A model generated the notes under the pieces. It was not told the origin of the DNA. It made no database searches and saw nothing but the letters and a program-made list of their open reading frames with translations. A stretch of 64,000 nucleotides of DNA from Raja brachyura. Lineage: Eukaryota. The stretch covers positions 14,198,001 through 14,262,000 of the forward strand of contig OY740796.1 of assembly GCA_963514005.1 (NCBI GenBank), given 5' to 3'. The position numbers and the translations under genes are program-made. Of this stretch, positions 11,852 through 22,952 are shown piece by piece (position 1 is the stretch's first letter; each line of letters starts with the position of its first letter).

Positions 11852-13943
11852 GTGAGTACAATTCAGATCCTGGGGGAAGTGGGTGGAGAGGAGGCAGAGA
11901 GAAATCATTTAAAGTGGATGACTGAAGTGTTGGGCGATTATGGGGTGTTGTGTAAAGCAATGATTTGTGGTGAGCTCTACAACAATGGTGTATTTTTAAT
12001 ATTTAAAATGAGTTTATCGTAGGCTGCATTGTTACCACCAATAATCCTGCTGTATCTCTATCTTAATTACATTTATTAATTTATCATCAAACATCGCTTC
12101 CCTTCTCCAAACAAACTATTTCATTTTTCCAGAGAGTATGGATAGGTGACACTCTGCCTGAAGAAGGGCCCCAAACCGAAAAGTCACCATTAAATGTTCA
12201 CCAGAGATGCTGCTGACCCGCTGAGTTACTTCGGCACTTTTTATTTTGTTAACCCGTATCTGCAGTTTCTTGTATCTATATTTCCTTTTTCCCACTGCCA
12301 AATATTTTACCTCTGTTTGCTAAAGTGTTTGTAATATTTATCTGAATGTACCTTTTTGGCTGCGTTAGTCGCTAAACTCTACAAGCATGCTCCATGGCTC
12401 TGACTTCTTGTAAACTAACACAACTAATTAGCTAATATACAGGAAGTAATAATAGTGCAAACCGGCAAAATATTATTGAACTCGCTTCATCGGCTTTCTG
12501 TCATGATCTCACTTCCTGGAGCTGTTTTGCTTGCTTCAGATGCAGGACTTGGCAGCTCCCCAGTTGGAGGAAATGAAACTGTTCCATTCCTGCTTCAACC
12601 AGGCCATTTGCTTCCACTCAATCTCCCATATCATCCAAGTGCTCTTTTCTATTCTTTGGCCGTATGCTTCAGTTGATTATATAAATCCTTTCCTCCTGCT
12701 CCATTCCTCACCCAACAAAATTTACATGAAGGCCATGCCATCAAAGCTTCTGAATCATTAACAACTAAGATCGATAGTATGTATTTCTTCAAAGCCAATT
12801 TAAGTGCAGTTCGATTTATTTTGCGGGCGTTTTCTTCCCAAAGGTTGTAGTTGGCATAGAGAATCAGCATGCTGTTCTCTTACAAATGTAGTTTGTTTCT
12901 GAACAGCAGAAATGATGTAATAGTCAGTTCCTCATCTTGAGAGAGCACATACCAAATTAAAAATTCCCATTTTTAATTGGTTAATCATTTTGAACCTCTT
13001 GAAAGTGGAAAGTTAATAACCCTATATTAAAATAATTAATTATTCATAGGGGATTAAGGATTTCGTGGGAGGGAGGAACTGAAGGGAATCAACATTAGTT
13101 AGGAAATTGTGTTAGATAAACTGTTGAGACTGATGGCAGATAAATCCCCAGGGCCTGATGGTCTGCATACCAGAGTATTCAAGGAGGTGGCCCTAAAAAT
13201 CGTGGATGCATTTGTGATCATTTTTCAACGTTCTACAGACTCTGGATCAGTTTCTGTGGACTGGTGGGTAGTTAATGTAACTCCACTTTTTAAGAAAGGA
13301 GGAAGAGAGAAAACCGGGAATTATAGACCAATCGGTAGTAGGGAAAATGCTTGTCGAATATTAAAGAAAGCAGCACATTTGGAAAGCAATGACGGGATCG
13401 GTCGAAGTCAGTATGGGTTTATGAAGGGGAAATCATGCTTGATTAATCGTCTGAAATTTTTTGAGAATACAACAAGCAGAATGGATAAGGGAGGGCCACT
13501 GGATGTGGTATATCTGGACTTTCAAAAAGCCTTCCACAGGGTCCCACACAAGAGATTAGTGTGCAAAATGAGAGCACATGGTATTGGGGGTAGGGTATTG
13601 ACATGGATAGAGAACTGGTTGGTAGACAGGAAGCATGGAGTAGGAATTAATGGGTCTTTTCAGAATGGCAGGCAGTGACTGGTGGGGTGCCGCAAGGCTC
13701 AGCACTGGGACCCCAGTTATTTGCAATATATATAAACGATTTAAACGAGGGAATTAAATGTGACATCTCCAAGTTTGCGGATGACACAAAACTGGGTGGC
13801 AGTGTGAGCTGCGAGGAGGATGCTATGAGGCTGCAGGTTGACTTGGATAGGTTTGGCGAGTTGGCAGATGCAGTATCACGTGGATAAATGTGAGTTTATT
13901 CTGGTGGCAAGAACAGGAAGGCAGATTATTATCTGAATGGAAG

Positions 13944-14148
13944 CTAGACAAAAATGCTGGAGAAACTCAACGGGTGAGGCAGCATTTATGGAGCGAAGAA
14001 ATAGGTGACGTTTCGGGTCAAGACCCTTCTTCAGACTGATGTGGGGGGGGGGGGGGGGAGAAGAAAAGAAGAGGCGGAGGCTGTGGGAGAGCCGGGGAGG
14101 GGAAGGAGGGAGAAAGCAAGGACGACCTGAAATTGGAGAAGTCAATGA
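13944..14148 (-). mobile_element. Penelope-like element 3' end with a hammerhead core (14007-14034), nested in CR1
   Basis: Minus strand encodes ...IDFSNFR (PLE ORF end), followed by CTGAAGAAGGGTCTTGACCCGAAACGTC. Confidence 0.8.
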
Positions 14149-14599
14149 TTAGGAAAATGGGAGGTGCACTGATACCCGAGTATGCATGGACATCAGTCAC
14201 TGAAAATAAGCATGCAGGTACACCAGGCAGTGAAGAAAGCTAATGGCATGTTGGCCTTCATTGCAAGAGAATTTTGAGTTTAGGAGCAAGGAAGGCCAAC
14301 TGCAGTTGTACAGGGCCCAGGTGAGACCGCACCTGGAATATTGTGTGTAGTTTTGGTCTCCTAATTTGAGGAAGGACATTATTGCTTTTGAGGGAGTGCA
14401 GCGTAGGTTCACCAGGTTAATTCCCGGGGTGGTGGGATTGACATATGATGAAAGAATGGGTTGACTGGGCTTGTAATCACTGGAATTTAGATGGAGGAGA
14501 GGGGATCTTATAGAAACATATACCATTCTTAAGGAATTGGACAGGCTAGTTGCAGGAAAAATGTTCCCGATGTTGGGGGAAGTCGAGAACAAGGGGTAA

Positions 14600-15405
14600 G
14601 AGATTTGGAGTGTGGCAGCCCCTAACGGCAGCGGTTCTACTGCAGTCCGTCCATCTTTTAAAAAAAATTTGTCCCATTAAGTGTATGTTTTGGGTTTTAA
14701 TTTTTTATTATTTTTTAGCGTGTATATGTGGGAGGGTGGGGGAAACCGTTTAATCTCTTCCCTGTAATGGGACCCGACTTTTCCCTGTCGGGTCTCCGGT
14801 GTCGTTGGGCCTAACATCGTGGAGCCGGCGGCGGCCTCCAACGGGAACCAACCCGAGGGCTCCAGTCGCGGAGCCTGCGGACTCGCCAAAGCGGAGCTGG
14901 CTGACTTCGGAGCGGGGAGAGTTGTGGTCGCGTGCAGCTGCAACCCGACTTCAGAGCTTCGGAGGCTCTGGCCGCAGGCCCGGTGGATAGGAACATCGGG
15001 AGCTCGCAGTTCTCTGGTGAGAGACCGCTTTTCGGAGCTCCCGCAATGGCAACTTCTCCCGCCGGAATCGCGGGGTTTAAATAACTCTGAGAGGGGCCAA
15101 ACATCGCCCCGCGCGGCTTAAATGGCCGTGGGACTTGCCATCGCCCGCCGGGGGCTTTAACATCGTGAGCCCCAGTCACCTCGTTGCTGCAGTTGGACTG
15201 CTGGACCGCGGGAGATGAACAAAGGGAAGAGATAAGACTTTTGCCTTCCATCACAGTGAGGAGGTGTTGGGAGATTCACTGTGATGGATGTCTGTGTAAA
15301 TTCTGTTACGTGTGTGTCTTGGTTTTTTTTGTAATGTCACAACTACAGGAATGAAATTTTGTTCAAACCTTGTCTGTTTGAATGACAATAAAAGGCATTC
15401 TATTC
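14600..15405 (+). mobile_element. Unclassified GC-rich ~800-bp retroposon nested in CR1
   Basis: Interrupts collinear CR1 sequence and ends AATAAAAGGCATTCTATTCT. Related pieces at 28275-28650, 39103-39331 and 42110-42210 (minus). Confidence 0.6.
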
Positions 15406-17532
15406 TAAGAATAAGGGGTAGGCCATTCAGGAATGAGATGAGGAAAAACGTTTTCACCCAGAGAGTTGTCAATATGTGGAATTCTCTGCCACAGATAGCA
15501 GTGGAGGCTAATTCGCTGGATGTGTTCAAGAGAGAGTTAGATTTAGCTCTTAGGGTTAAAGGAATTGAGGGATGTGGGGAAAAAGCTGGAACGGGGTACT
15601 GATTTTAGATGATCAGGCATGATCACATTGAATGGCTTTGTTGGCTCGAAGGGCCAATATGTCTGCACATATTTTCTGTGTTTTAATGCTGCTTGAGATG
15701 GAAGAAGCCTTGTGTGCCACTGCTGAAGTCTGGGTTTCTTTCTAGTGAGGTTTAATACAGTTAACCCTATGGTTGGTACATTCTGCTGTATTCACGGTGG
15801 TGCACCCTGTACCTACAACATAGTCATTTTATCCCCTGTTATTAATAGTCCTATTCAAATGTGTAATCTTGCTGCCTACTCTTCACCTCTAAAGAAGGGA
15901 ATGAGTGTTCCAATTGCAGGATCATGTTTCAACTGGGGGGTGTACTGTAAACAGGAATTAGTACTAAATTTAGATTAATTACTGTAAGGTATGGGCTCAG
16001 ACCAGATTGGCAAGGGGTATACAGTTACAGTATTCAGTAGTATGTGTTGAGTTCATATTGTGAAAGGTTTATCTGCATAAAATGTGTACGTGTCAAATAA
16101 GAAAAGAATGCATATTTATATTAATTAATCTTATGACACCACTGTTCAGTGATATGCACCAAATAAACTCACATTATTGTTTGAAATTTTTAATTAAGCA
16201 AGCCGAAACAGTAAAGGGCACAATGGTGGAATAACTGAACGTGTCAAGGAGGCATCTCTGGAGAACATGGCTAGGTGATGTTTTGGGTTGGGACCCTTCT
16301 TCAGACTGATTGTGTGGGGGAAGGGGATAGGGAGAAATGAAGAGAGGCAAGGCAGGACAAAGTGAGGCAGGTGATAGCAGGACACAGGCTGGGGGGGGGG
16401 TTTATCTGCAGGTGGTTGGAACAAAGGCCAGAGATTAAAACACGAGGTGTGTGATGTAAGCGACCCGTTGCAGTATTCTGTTAACCAACAATTTGGTGCA
16501 AATAAAAACCATTGGCAAAACCTCTGAGTATAAACAGGTGCCCTTTTATTTGGAGAGGAGAACTCGGAAAATTAAAAGTGCAGCACAGCAACAGGCCCTT
16601 CGACCCACTTTGTCTGCGCCAAATATGATGCCAGGTTAAACTAATCTCCTCTGCCTGCACATCATCCATATCCCTCCATTCCCTACATGCCCATGTTTCT
16701 GTCCAAAAGTCTCTTAAATCCCACCATTGGGTGTGCCTTTGACTTAGTATTTGATTTCAATGTTTATGCAACCTCACAGGAAAATATTCTCTTTTATATT
16801 TGAAAATACCTCGCTTTGCTTCCTCCCCTTTTACAGTTTGTGAGAGAGATACAGATCTACGTGGTCAGTTGGCTGTGACCGCAAGCAGAATACCAGGAAC
16901 AAATAGCATGATGCGGACAATGTGAGGGAAAACATGGACCTAAAATTAGATTTTGAATCTTTAGCTGTAGCAAGGTTATGAAATTAATGATAAATGAATG
17001 CAGACTCTTGACAAAAAACTAATTAAGGAAACTCAACCTGAAATGAAATTTCATTCCTATTGACAAAAATTTGATTCTTACATTTTGTGGATTACGCTGT
17101 GTTATTCAGAATGCATAACAATTTGGAGCAACATTTGGTACACAGTGCAGACTTTTAATGATGTTTTATCAAATTTGAATATGGTTGTGAACAAATTTAC
17201 TCCAGTGGTCTAGAGCGACTTATCATTTAAAATCTTTAGCTCTATTGGGATGCCACATACAGTACATTTCCTTTCCGTGCTTCCCATGAGTCATTCCTTC
17301 CCCTTGTGTTCCTTGCTCTAAAGGGCATGTCTAGTTGCTCTGCCCACTTCACACCCTTGTTACTGTACCTGCACATTAGCTTCCTGCATATCATGAAGCT
17401 GAACACTGAAGTTTATTCGTTTCCCACCATTTAAAAGATAAAATGTTTCTATTCTTATCAGCAAAGTGAATAACGTTTTACCGATGCTGTGTTATTCATT
17501 CACCCACTCTCCAATTTTGGATTCTGCAGTTA

Positions 17533-18254
17533 AGGGGCTGTCCGACTGCGGCGACCTAATCTGCGAGTTTAGAAGAGTTTGCCCTCGACTCAAACTCGCA
17601 GCATCGTCGGCACGTAGTCCTAGGGGGTCCTATGAGGTCACTGGAACTCTCCTTCATGCTCGAGGGAAGTTCCCGCATATTCGTGGCCTCAGTTTGGTCG
17701 AGGAAAATTTTTCAGCATCTTGAAAAAATTTCCGAAAGTAAAAATTGGTCGGCATGGTTCTTTTGAACTCGTAGTGGAGTGGGGTCACTATGTAGTTATA
17801 GGCAGTCGAGGGCAGCCGTAGGCAATCTCCTTCGCTGATCGGGCATTTTAATTGGCTCATTGGAGTTTTCAGGACCAAGGAAAACCGACCGGTAAGTTAA
17901 ATGGCCGCTAAACTTTATTAAAAGTTGTCTGACTTCTTAAAAGTCTTCCCCACCCCCTTCTCTCCCCCCCCAATTCTCCTCCCCCTCTCTCCCCCCCCCC
18001 TCCACATGCTCTAAAAGACTACCGTACACTGTGCAGCTGTCTTTTACCTTCCTCTTCATTGCGAGTGTGAATTTCAGTCAACGCTCTCCTGTTTTCCCTG
18101 GCTCCTGCATTTGTGATGTGTGTGTGTGGCCGGTCTATCCAGCTCGCGGTTTCATCGCTGACGGTCGATCCAGCTCGAGGTTTTCCAGGTGAGTGCCCTC
18201 GAGCTTGAAGGTCGAAGGCACTTGCTGTAAAGTCACGTCAGTGGGACAGGCACT
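17533..18254. mobile_element. PIF/Harbinger-type MITE
   Basis: TIRs AGGGGCTGTCCGACTG / CAGTGGGACAGGCACT with 3-bp TTA TSD (17530-32, 18255-57). No coding capacity. Confidence 0.8.
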
Positions 18255-19879
18255 TTATGGAGAAAGAAATAATCATGCACAGTTAGGCAAAGACTCGGGG
18301 GAATTACTGACTTATAAACGCAAACAAGCAGGCAAGTCTGAGAGAGCTTGGTGGCCCATAGTTTTTCTAATAGTTCCAGCATTCAATTTATGCTCTATAT
18401 TATATACTTGTTAGGTTATAGAGATTAGAAAACCAAAATGGAGCATTCGGCCTAAATTAGTGTTTGTTGTATTCATGCAGCAGATAAACCTCCTTCCATT
18501 GATTGCTTAATTCATTTCTAATTTTTTCTCTTGCTTATTTTATCAGCATGCTTTAAGCAAGTCCTTTTTTTAACATTTACAAGTTTCCCTTTCTGATCTC
18601 TCTTGGGATAAGGAGTTTTTCTTGGATGTCTGTTTTGACATGACCATTTTAGATTTATAAGCCCTAGTTTTGTTTTCCTCCACAAGTTAAAATATCTTCC
18701 ATATGTCAATACTATAAAATCCCTTTAGCAGCATTAAAATGGTAGGATTAGGCAAAAAGGGAAACGTTTGTCAGACTCTGAGAAAGAATACCCCAGGAAG
18801 CTTGGAAGAGTATTGAAAGTGTTGGAGTGCAATTGAAAGGAAAGCAAAGAAAGGGTAGGGGAGCTGCCTTGGGAAGATTAGGGTGATTGATGGGCTGCCA
18901 ATTAAGCAAAGGCAGCTTTGTACTGGATGGTGTTGAGCTTCTTGAGAGTTGTTGGTGCTGCACCTGTCCTGGCAAGTAGAGAAGTGGAGCATTTAACAGG
19001 TCACTGATAGTAGGCGAGCAGCAAAGTGTACAATTATGAAATTCCTCTTGAGAAAGGAATTACTGCAAGAAACATGTTTTTTTTCACTGTTTAGGCTAAG
19101 GTTAAAGGCAATCTCGAAGAAATGTAATTAAATCATTCATTCACCATTGCACGCATGCTGCCTGGTTTACCTAGCAGCCGCGAGATAACTTGAATTGCAT
19201 GACAATGTTCTCCTCAATGCAAATCCCTCAATGTGATGTTACAAGCTGAAAACGTTGAATTGTACAAACCTTTTATCATTTCTTCCTCTTGCCACCCGAC
19301 CTGAAAATAAATTTAATGCCTGAAAGAAAGGTTTTCATGTGTTGCTTTGATATTGACCTCTTCTTCATTTGTCCCGCAATACCTTGGGGTTGGGATTTGG
19401 ATTTTGCGAGTGAATGTTTTGCATCCCATTCACTTTCCTTGAGCAGTAATGTGCTTAAAAATGATTGAAGCGTATTCAGGCATGTTTCCATCACATGTGT
19501 GTTATTACAGTGTTTTCATCTTTTGTCAACCTTGCATTTTGTGGCTGTATGTAAGGAGATCCACCTTGGGTATGTGCTGGATTATTATGCCAAAGAAAGA
19601 GTCTCAATTATATTAACATTGCTCTGTCGATATCTGAAGTTCTATTTATTTCTTCACGTCACACTCCTCTTGCAACAGCACAGGAGCTTCAGTTAACTCC
19701 AGCATGTGGTAAATCTAATGGAAGGAATTTAGGTTGAACCCGAAAATGAAGTTTATTTAAAGAACACCAGGTTTCTTTTTGAAACTCTCCAATAAAACGA
19801 TACTTTCATCAACCTTAGAACAGCACAGCAACAGGCCTTTTGGCCAACAATCAAAGCCAACCTTGGTAAATGTACAAAA

Positions 19880-20370
19880 ATAGACAATTAGGTGCAGGAG
19901 TAGGCCATTCGGCCCTTTGAGCCAGCACGGCCATTCAATGTGATCATGGCTGATCATCCCCAATCAGTACCCCGTTCCTGCCTTCTCCCCATATTCCCTG
20001 ACTCTGCTATCTTTAAGAGCCCTATCTAGCTCTCTCTTGAAAGTATCCAGAGAACCGGCCTCCACCACAGAGAATTCCACAGACTCACAACTCTCTGTGA
20101 GAAAAAGTGTTTTCTCGTCTCCGTTCTAAGTGGCTTACCCCTTATTCTTAAACTGTGGCCCCTGGTCCTGGACTCTTCCAACATTGGGAACATATTTCCT
20201 CCAGCGTGTCAAAACCCCCAACAATCTTATATGTTTCAATAAGATCCCCTCTCATGCTACTAAACTCCAGAGTGTACAAGCCCAGCCGCTCCATTCTCTC
20301 AGCATACGACAGTCCCGCCACCCCGGGAATTAACCTTGTAAACCTACGCTGCACTCCCTCAATAGCAAAA
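19880..20370 (-). mobile_element. CR1-type LINE 3' fragment
   Basis: ORF 20148..20411 (AIEGVQRRFTRLIPG...RGDLIETYKI) plus 3' UTR. Confidence 0.9.
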
Positions 20371-21054
20371 ATGTTTCTATTCTTATTGTGTGGAGGTGAA
20401 TGACAGAACACAGATTTTTTTTTATCATTCGAATGAGAATTCTGTAGTGATCATCCTGTGTAAGCAAGGGCTTGAATTTGCCAGCAAGTATATTTACATC
20501 CTTTTGCAAATTATTTGAATCATGGGCTGATTTTGCTATTTTTTCAAATGATGATTTTCTATGTCCACCATATGTTCTTGTATTTTTCTGAAAAGGTATA
20601 AATCTCTCCGAAAGAGTTCTTCTGTTCATTTTTCATTCTCCGGATATTCATTCCAAAGCACAAGCGCCATGTGCCGATGCCTCATTGAAGTCGATCGTAT
20701 AGCCAAAACAACTTCTAACTGCTGTGATGAAGAAGAAATGATACCAATGGGCCTTAGAATATAAAGATTGGGACATCTGAGGACAGGAGAAAGGTGTAAT
20801 TCAGTGATGAAAGCCATTCCCTGGTCCAGGACCAATGTAGCCATGTTTGGAGAGCCGGTGAGAAATGCCATATCGACCAGTTTGTCAAACAACCTGAAAG
20901 GATGACCGCTGGATTTACTCAGCGGGTCAGGCAGCATCTCTGCAGAACGTGGACTGGTGACCTTTGGGGGTCAGGACCCTTCAAATTCCTGAAAGGAAGA
21001 TATTCTGGGGTTGTTTCAGCGACTGTTGTGTTGATTTGCTGCACCCAATTGATG

Positions 21055-21445
21055 GACGATGACATTGCCACAATATATCGAAGTGTTGCAGACACGAGTA
21101 GTGCCAGAGATAGCAAAGACTTTTCCAGATCTGGGATATTCCAACAAGACCTTGCATCAGCGACGCATCAAAGATGGTGACCCAATTTTTCCAGCAAGGG
21201 GATACATGTCTTGGACTGATAACTTGCCTGATCAGAATCAGATTGCAAATTTGTAGTCATTTATCAAGGAGAGACTACAAGAAAGGACTGTTCCATGAGA
21301 CAGAAGTTCATTGAGGCCATAATTCAGCTGTGGTATTGAGATGAAAAAATTCCCGCGGAATCGCAAACTCTCAGAATTTGGTCGATTCCATGCCAAATCG
21401 TGTCAAGGTCTTGATAAAAACCGTGATGGACATATGATGTACTAA
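21055..21445 (+). mobile_element. Old Tc1/mariner-like transposase remnant (C-terminal catalytic region)
   Basis: Frameshifted pieces QYIEVLQTRVVPE, GIFQQDLA, NLPDQNQIANL, and LVDSMPNRVKVLIK resemble Tc1-type C-termini. Confidence 0.6.
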
Positions 21446-21526
21446 AGATATAATGGTGCGGTGATAATGAATAAAAGGTAGCAATGCAACGTGTATTTTG
21501 GCGTGTTATTCTTGATTCAATTAATT

Positions 21527-21528
<2 letters not shown>

Positions 21529-21558
<30 letters not shown>
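21529..21558. repeat. (TA)n microsatellite
   Basis: Directly visible. Confidence 0.95.
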
Positions 21559-21560
<2 letters not shown>

Positions 21561-22422
21561 CTGAAATCTTTAGCAAGCTAAAAATTGATTAATCTTTAGC
21601 TTTTATGTGGATTATGTAGTGTTTTGCAGAAGAAATTATCTTTGCATTTGGCATGTGTGATGATGAAGTTTGTTTTATCTCAACTGGTGTCTATCTGTTT
21701 CTGTGGTGAGCATTTATCTTTTGACAAATCCATTGTGCAGACATCCTGAAAGTTGTTACAAAACAATTTGGCTGGATAAAACCTAGATATCCCTGCTTAC
21801 ACTGTTCATACAAACAAGTCTTTTGGTGTATATAATTAGCTATGAGGTTTTTAAAGTGATTGGATATCTTGTAAATGGAACAACTTACTTTCTATCTTCT
21901 CACCATTACAAAAAATGGCTGCATTTAACATTTTGTGGTGACGTTATGGTACTTGCGGCCTTTTTTTACAGAGCTGAATCAAATACTGCATTATTCTATC
22001 CATGCACGGCATGTTAACAACTAAACCTTTTAGATTATTTTGCTAATGGAATCAGAATTTCAAAGGATGTTGGTAATAGTAATGGATAACGCTCCTTGTG
22101 AATTTCATTAAATATTAACCGTTCATAGAATTGGTAAAGGTTGAGAGGCAGCTTGAAAGATTTGAGGGAGAATAGGCATGCATCATCATGTTCCTAACTG
22201 ATAATTTAAGGCATTAGTGCTTAAGTTCTTTTTGTGACTTTGGTTGAGGAATTACTATCGTCCAAGACATGACTGCTCTGCTTTTCGCAAGAGCCTTCCC
22301 ATCTTTTATTCCAGCCTTAGAAAAAACCTTTCTACATCATTCTCATCCGAAATACTGCTTGCTCCTTTTATTTTAAATATGTACTTTGGAAGGTGTGTGT
22401 ACATGACGGGATTATGGGGTAA

Positions 22423-22952
22423 ACATAGAAACATAGAAATTAGGTGCAGGAGTAGGCCATTCGGCCCTTCGAGCCTGCACCGCCATTCAATATGATCATG
22501 GCTGATCATCCAACTCAGTATCCCGTACCTGCCTTCTCTCCATACCCTCTGATCCCCTTAGCCACAAGGGCCGCATCTAACTCCCTCTTAAATATAGCCA
22601 ATGAACTGGCCTCAACTACCCTCTGTGGCAGAGAGTTCCAGAGACCCACCACTCTCTGTGTGAAAAAAGTCCTTCTCATCTCGGTCCTAAAGGATTTCCC
22701 CCTTATCCTTAAGCTGTGACCCCTTCTCCTGGACCTCCCCAACATCGGGAACAATCTTCCTGCATCTAGCCTGTCCAACCCCTTAAGAATTTTGTAAGTT
22801 TCTATAAGATCCCCTCTCAATCTCCTAAATTCTAGAGAGTATAAACCGAGTCTATCCAGTCTTTCTTCATAAGACAGTCCTGACATCCCAGGAATCAGTC
22901 TGGTGAACCTTCTCTGCACTCCCTCTATGGCAATAATGTCCTTCCTCAGATT
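22423..22952 (-). mobile_element. Young CR1-type LINE 3' end with an uninterrupted ORF2 C-terminus
   Basis: ORF 22515..23012 (PNLRKDIIAIEGVQRRFTRLIPG...GYGEKAGTGY*) has no stops. (CTATGTTT)n tail. Confidence 0.93.

Larger units (their letters stand above)
13048..15670 (+). mobile_element. CR1-type (HER1-like) LINE, 5'-truncated RT pseudogene with two nested insertions
   Basis: ORF pieces KSPGPDGLH..., VYLDFQKAF, GVPQGSALGP, SKFADDTKLG and a CR1 3' UTR. Interrupted at about 13944-14148 and 14600-15405. Confidence 0.93.

Noticed and set aside
13109-13887. Functional reverse transcriptase gene
   Set aside because: Frameshifted, 5'-truncated and interrupted CR1 ORF2.
21660-21749. Box C/D snoRNA (ATGATGA...CTGA)
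   Set aside because: No terminal stem and no recognisable rRNA antisense element. Chance or the exon reading fits as well.
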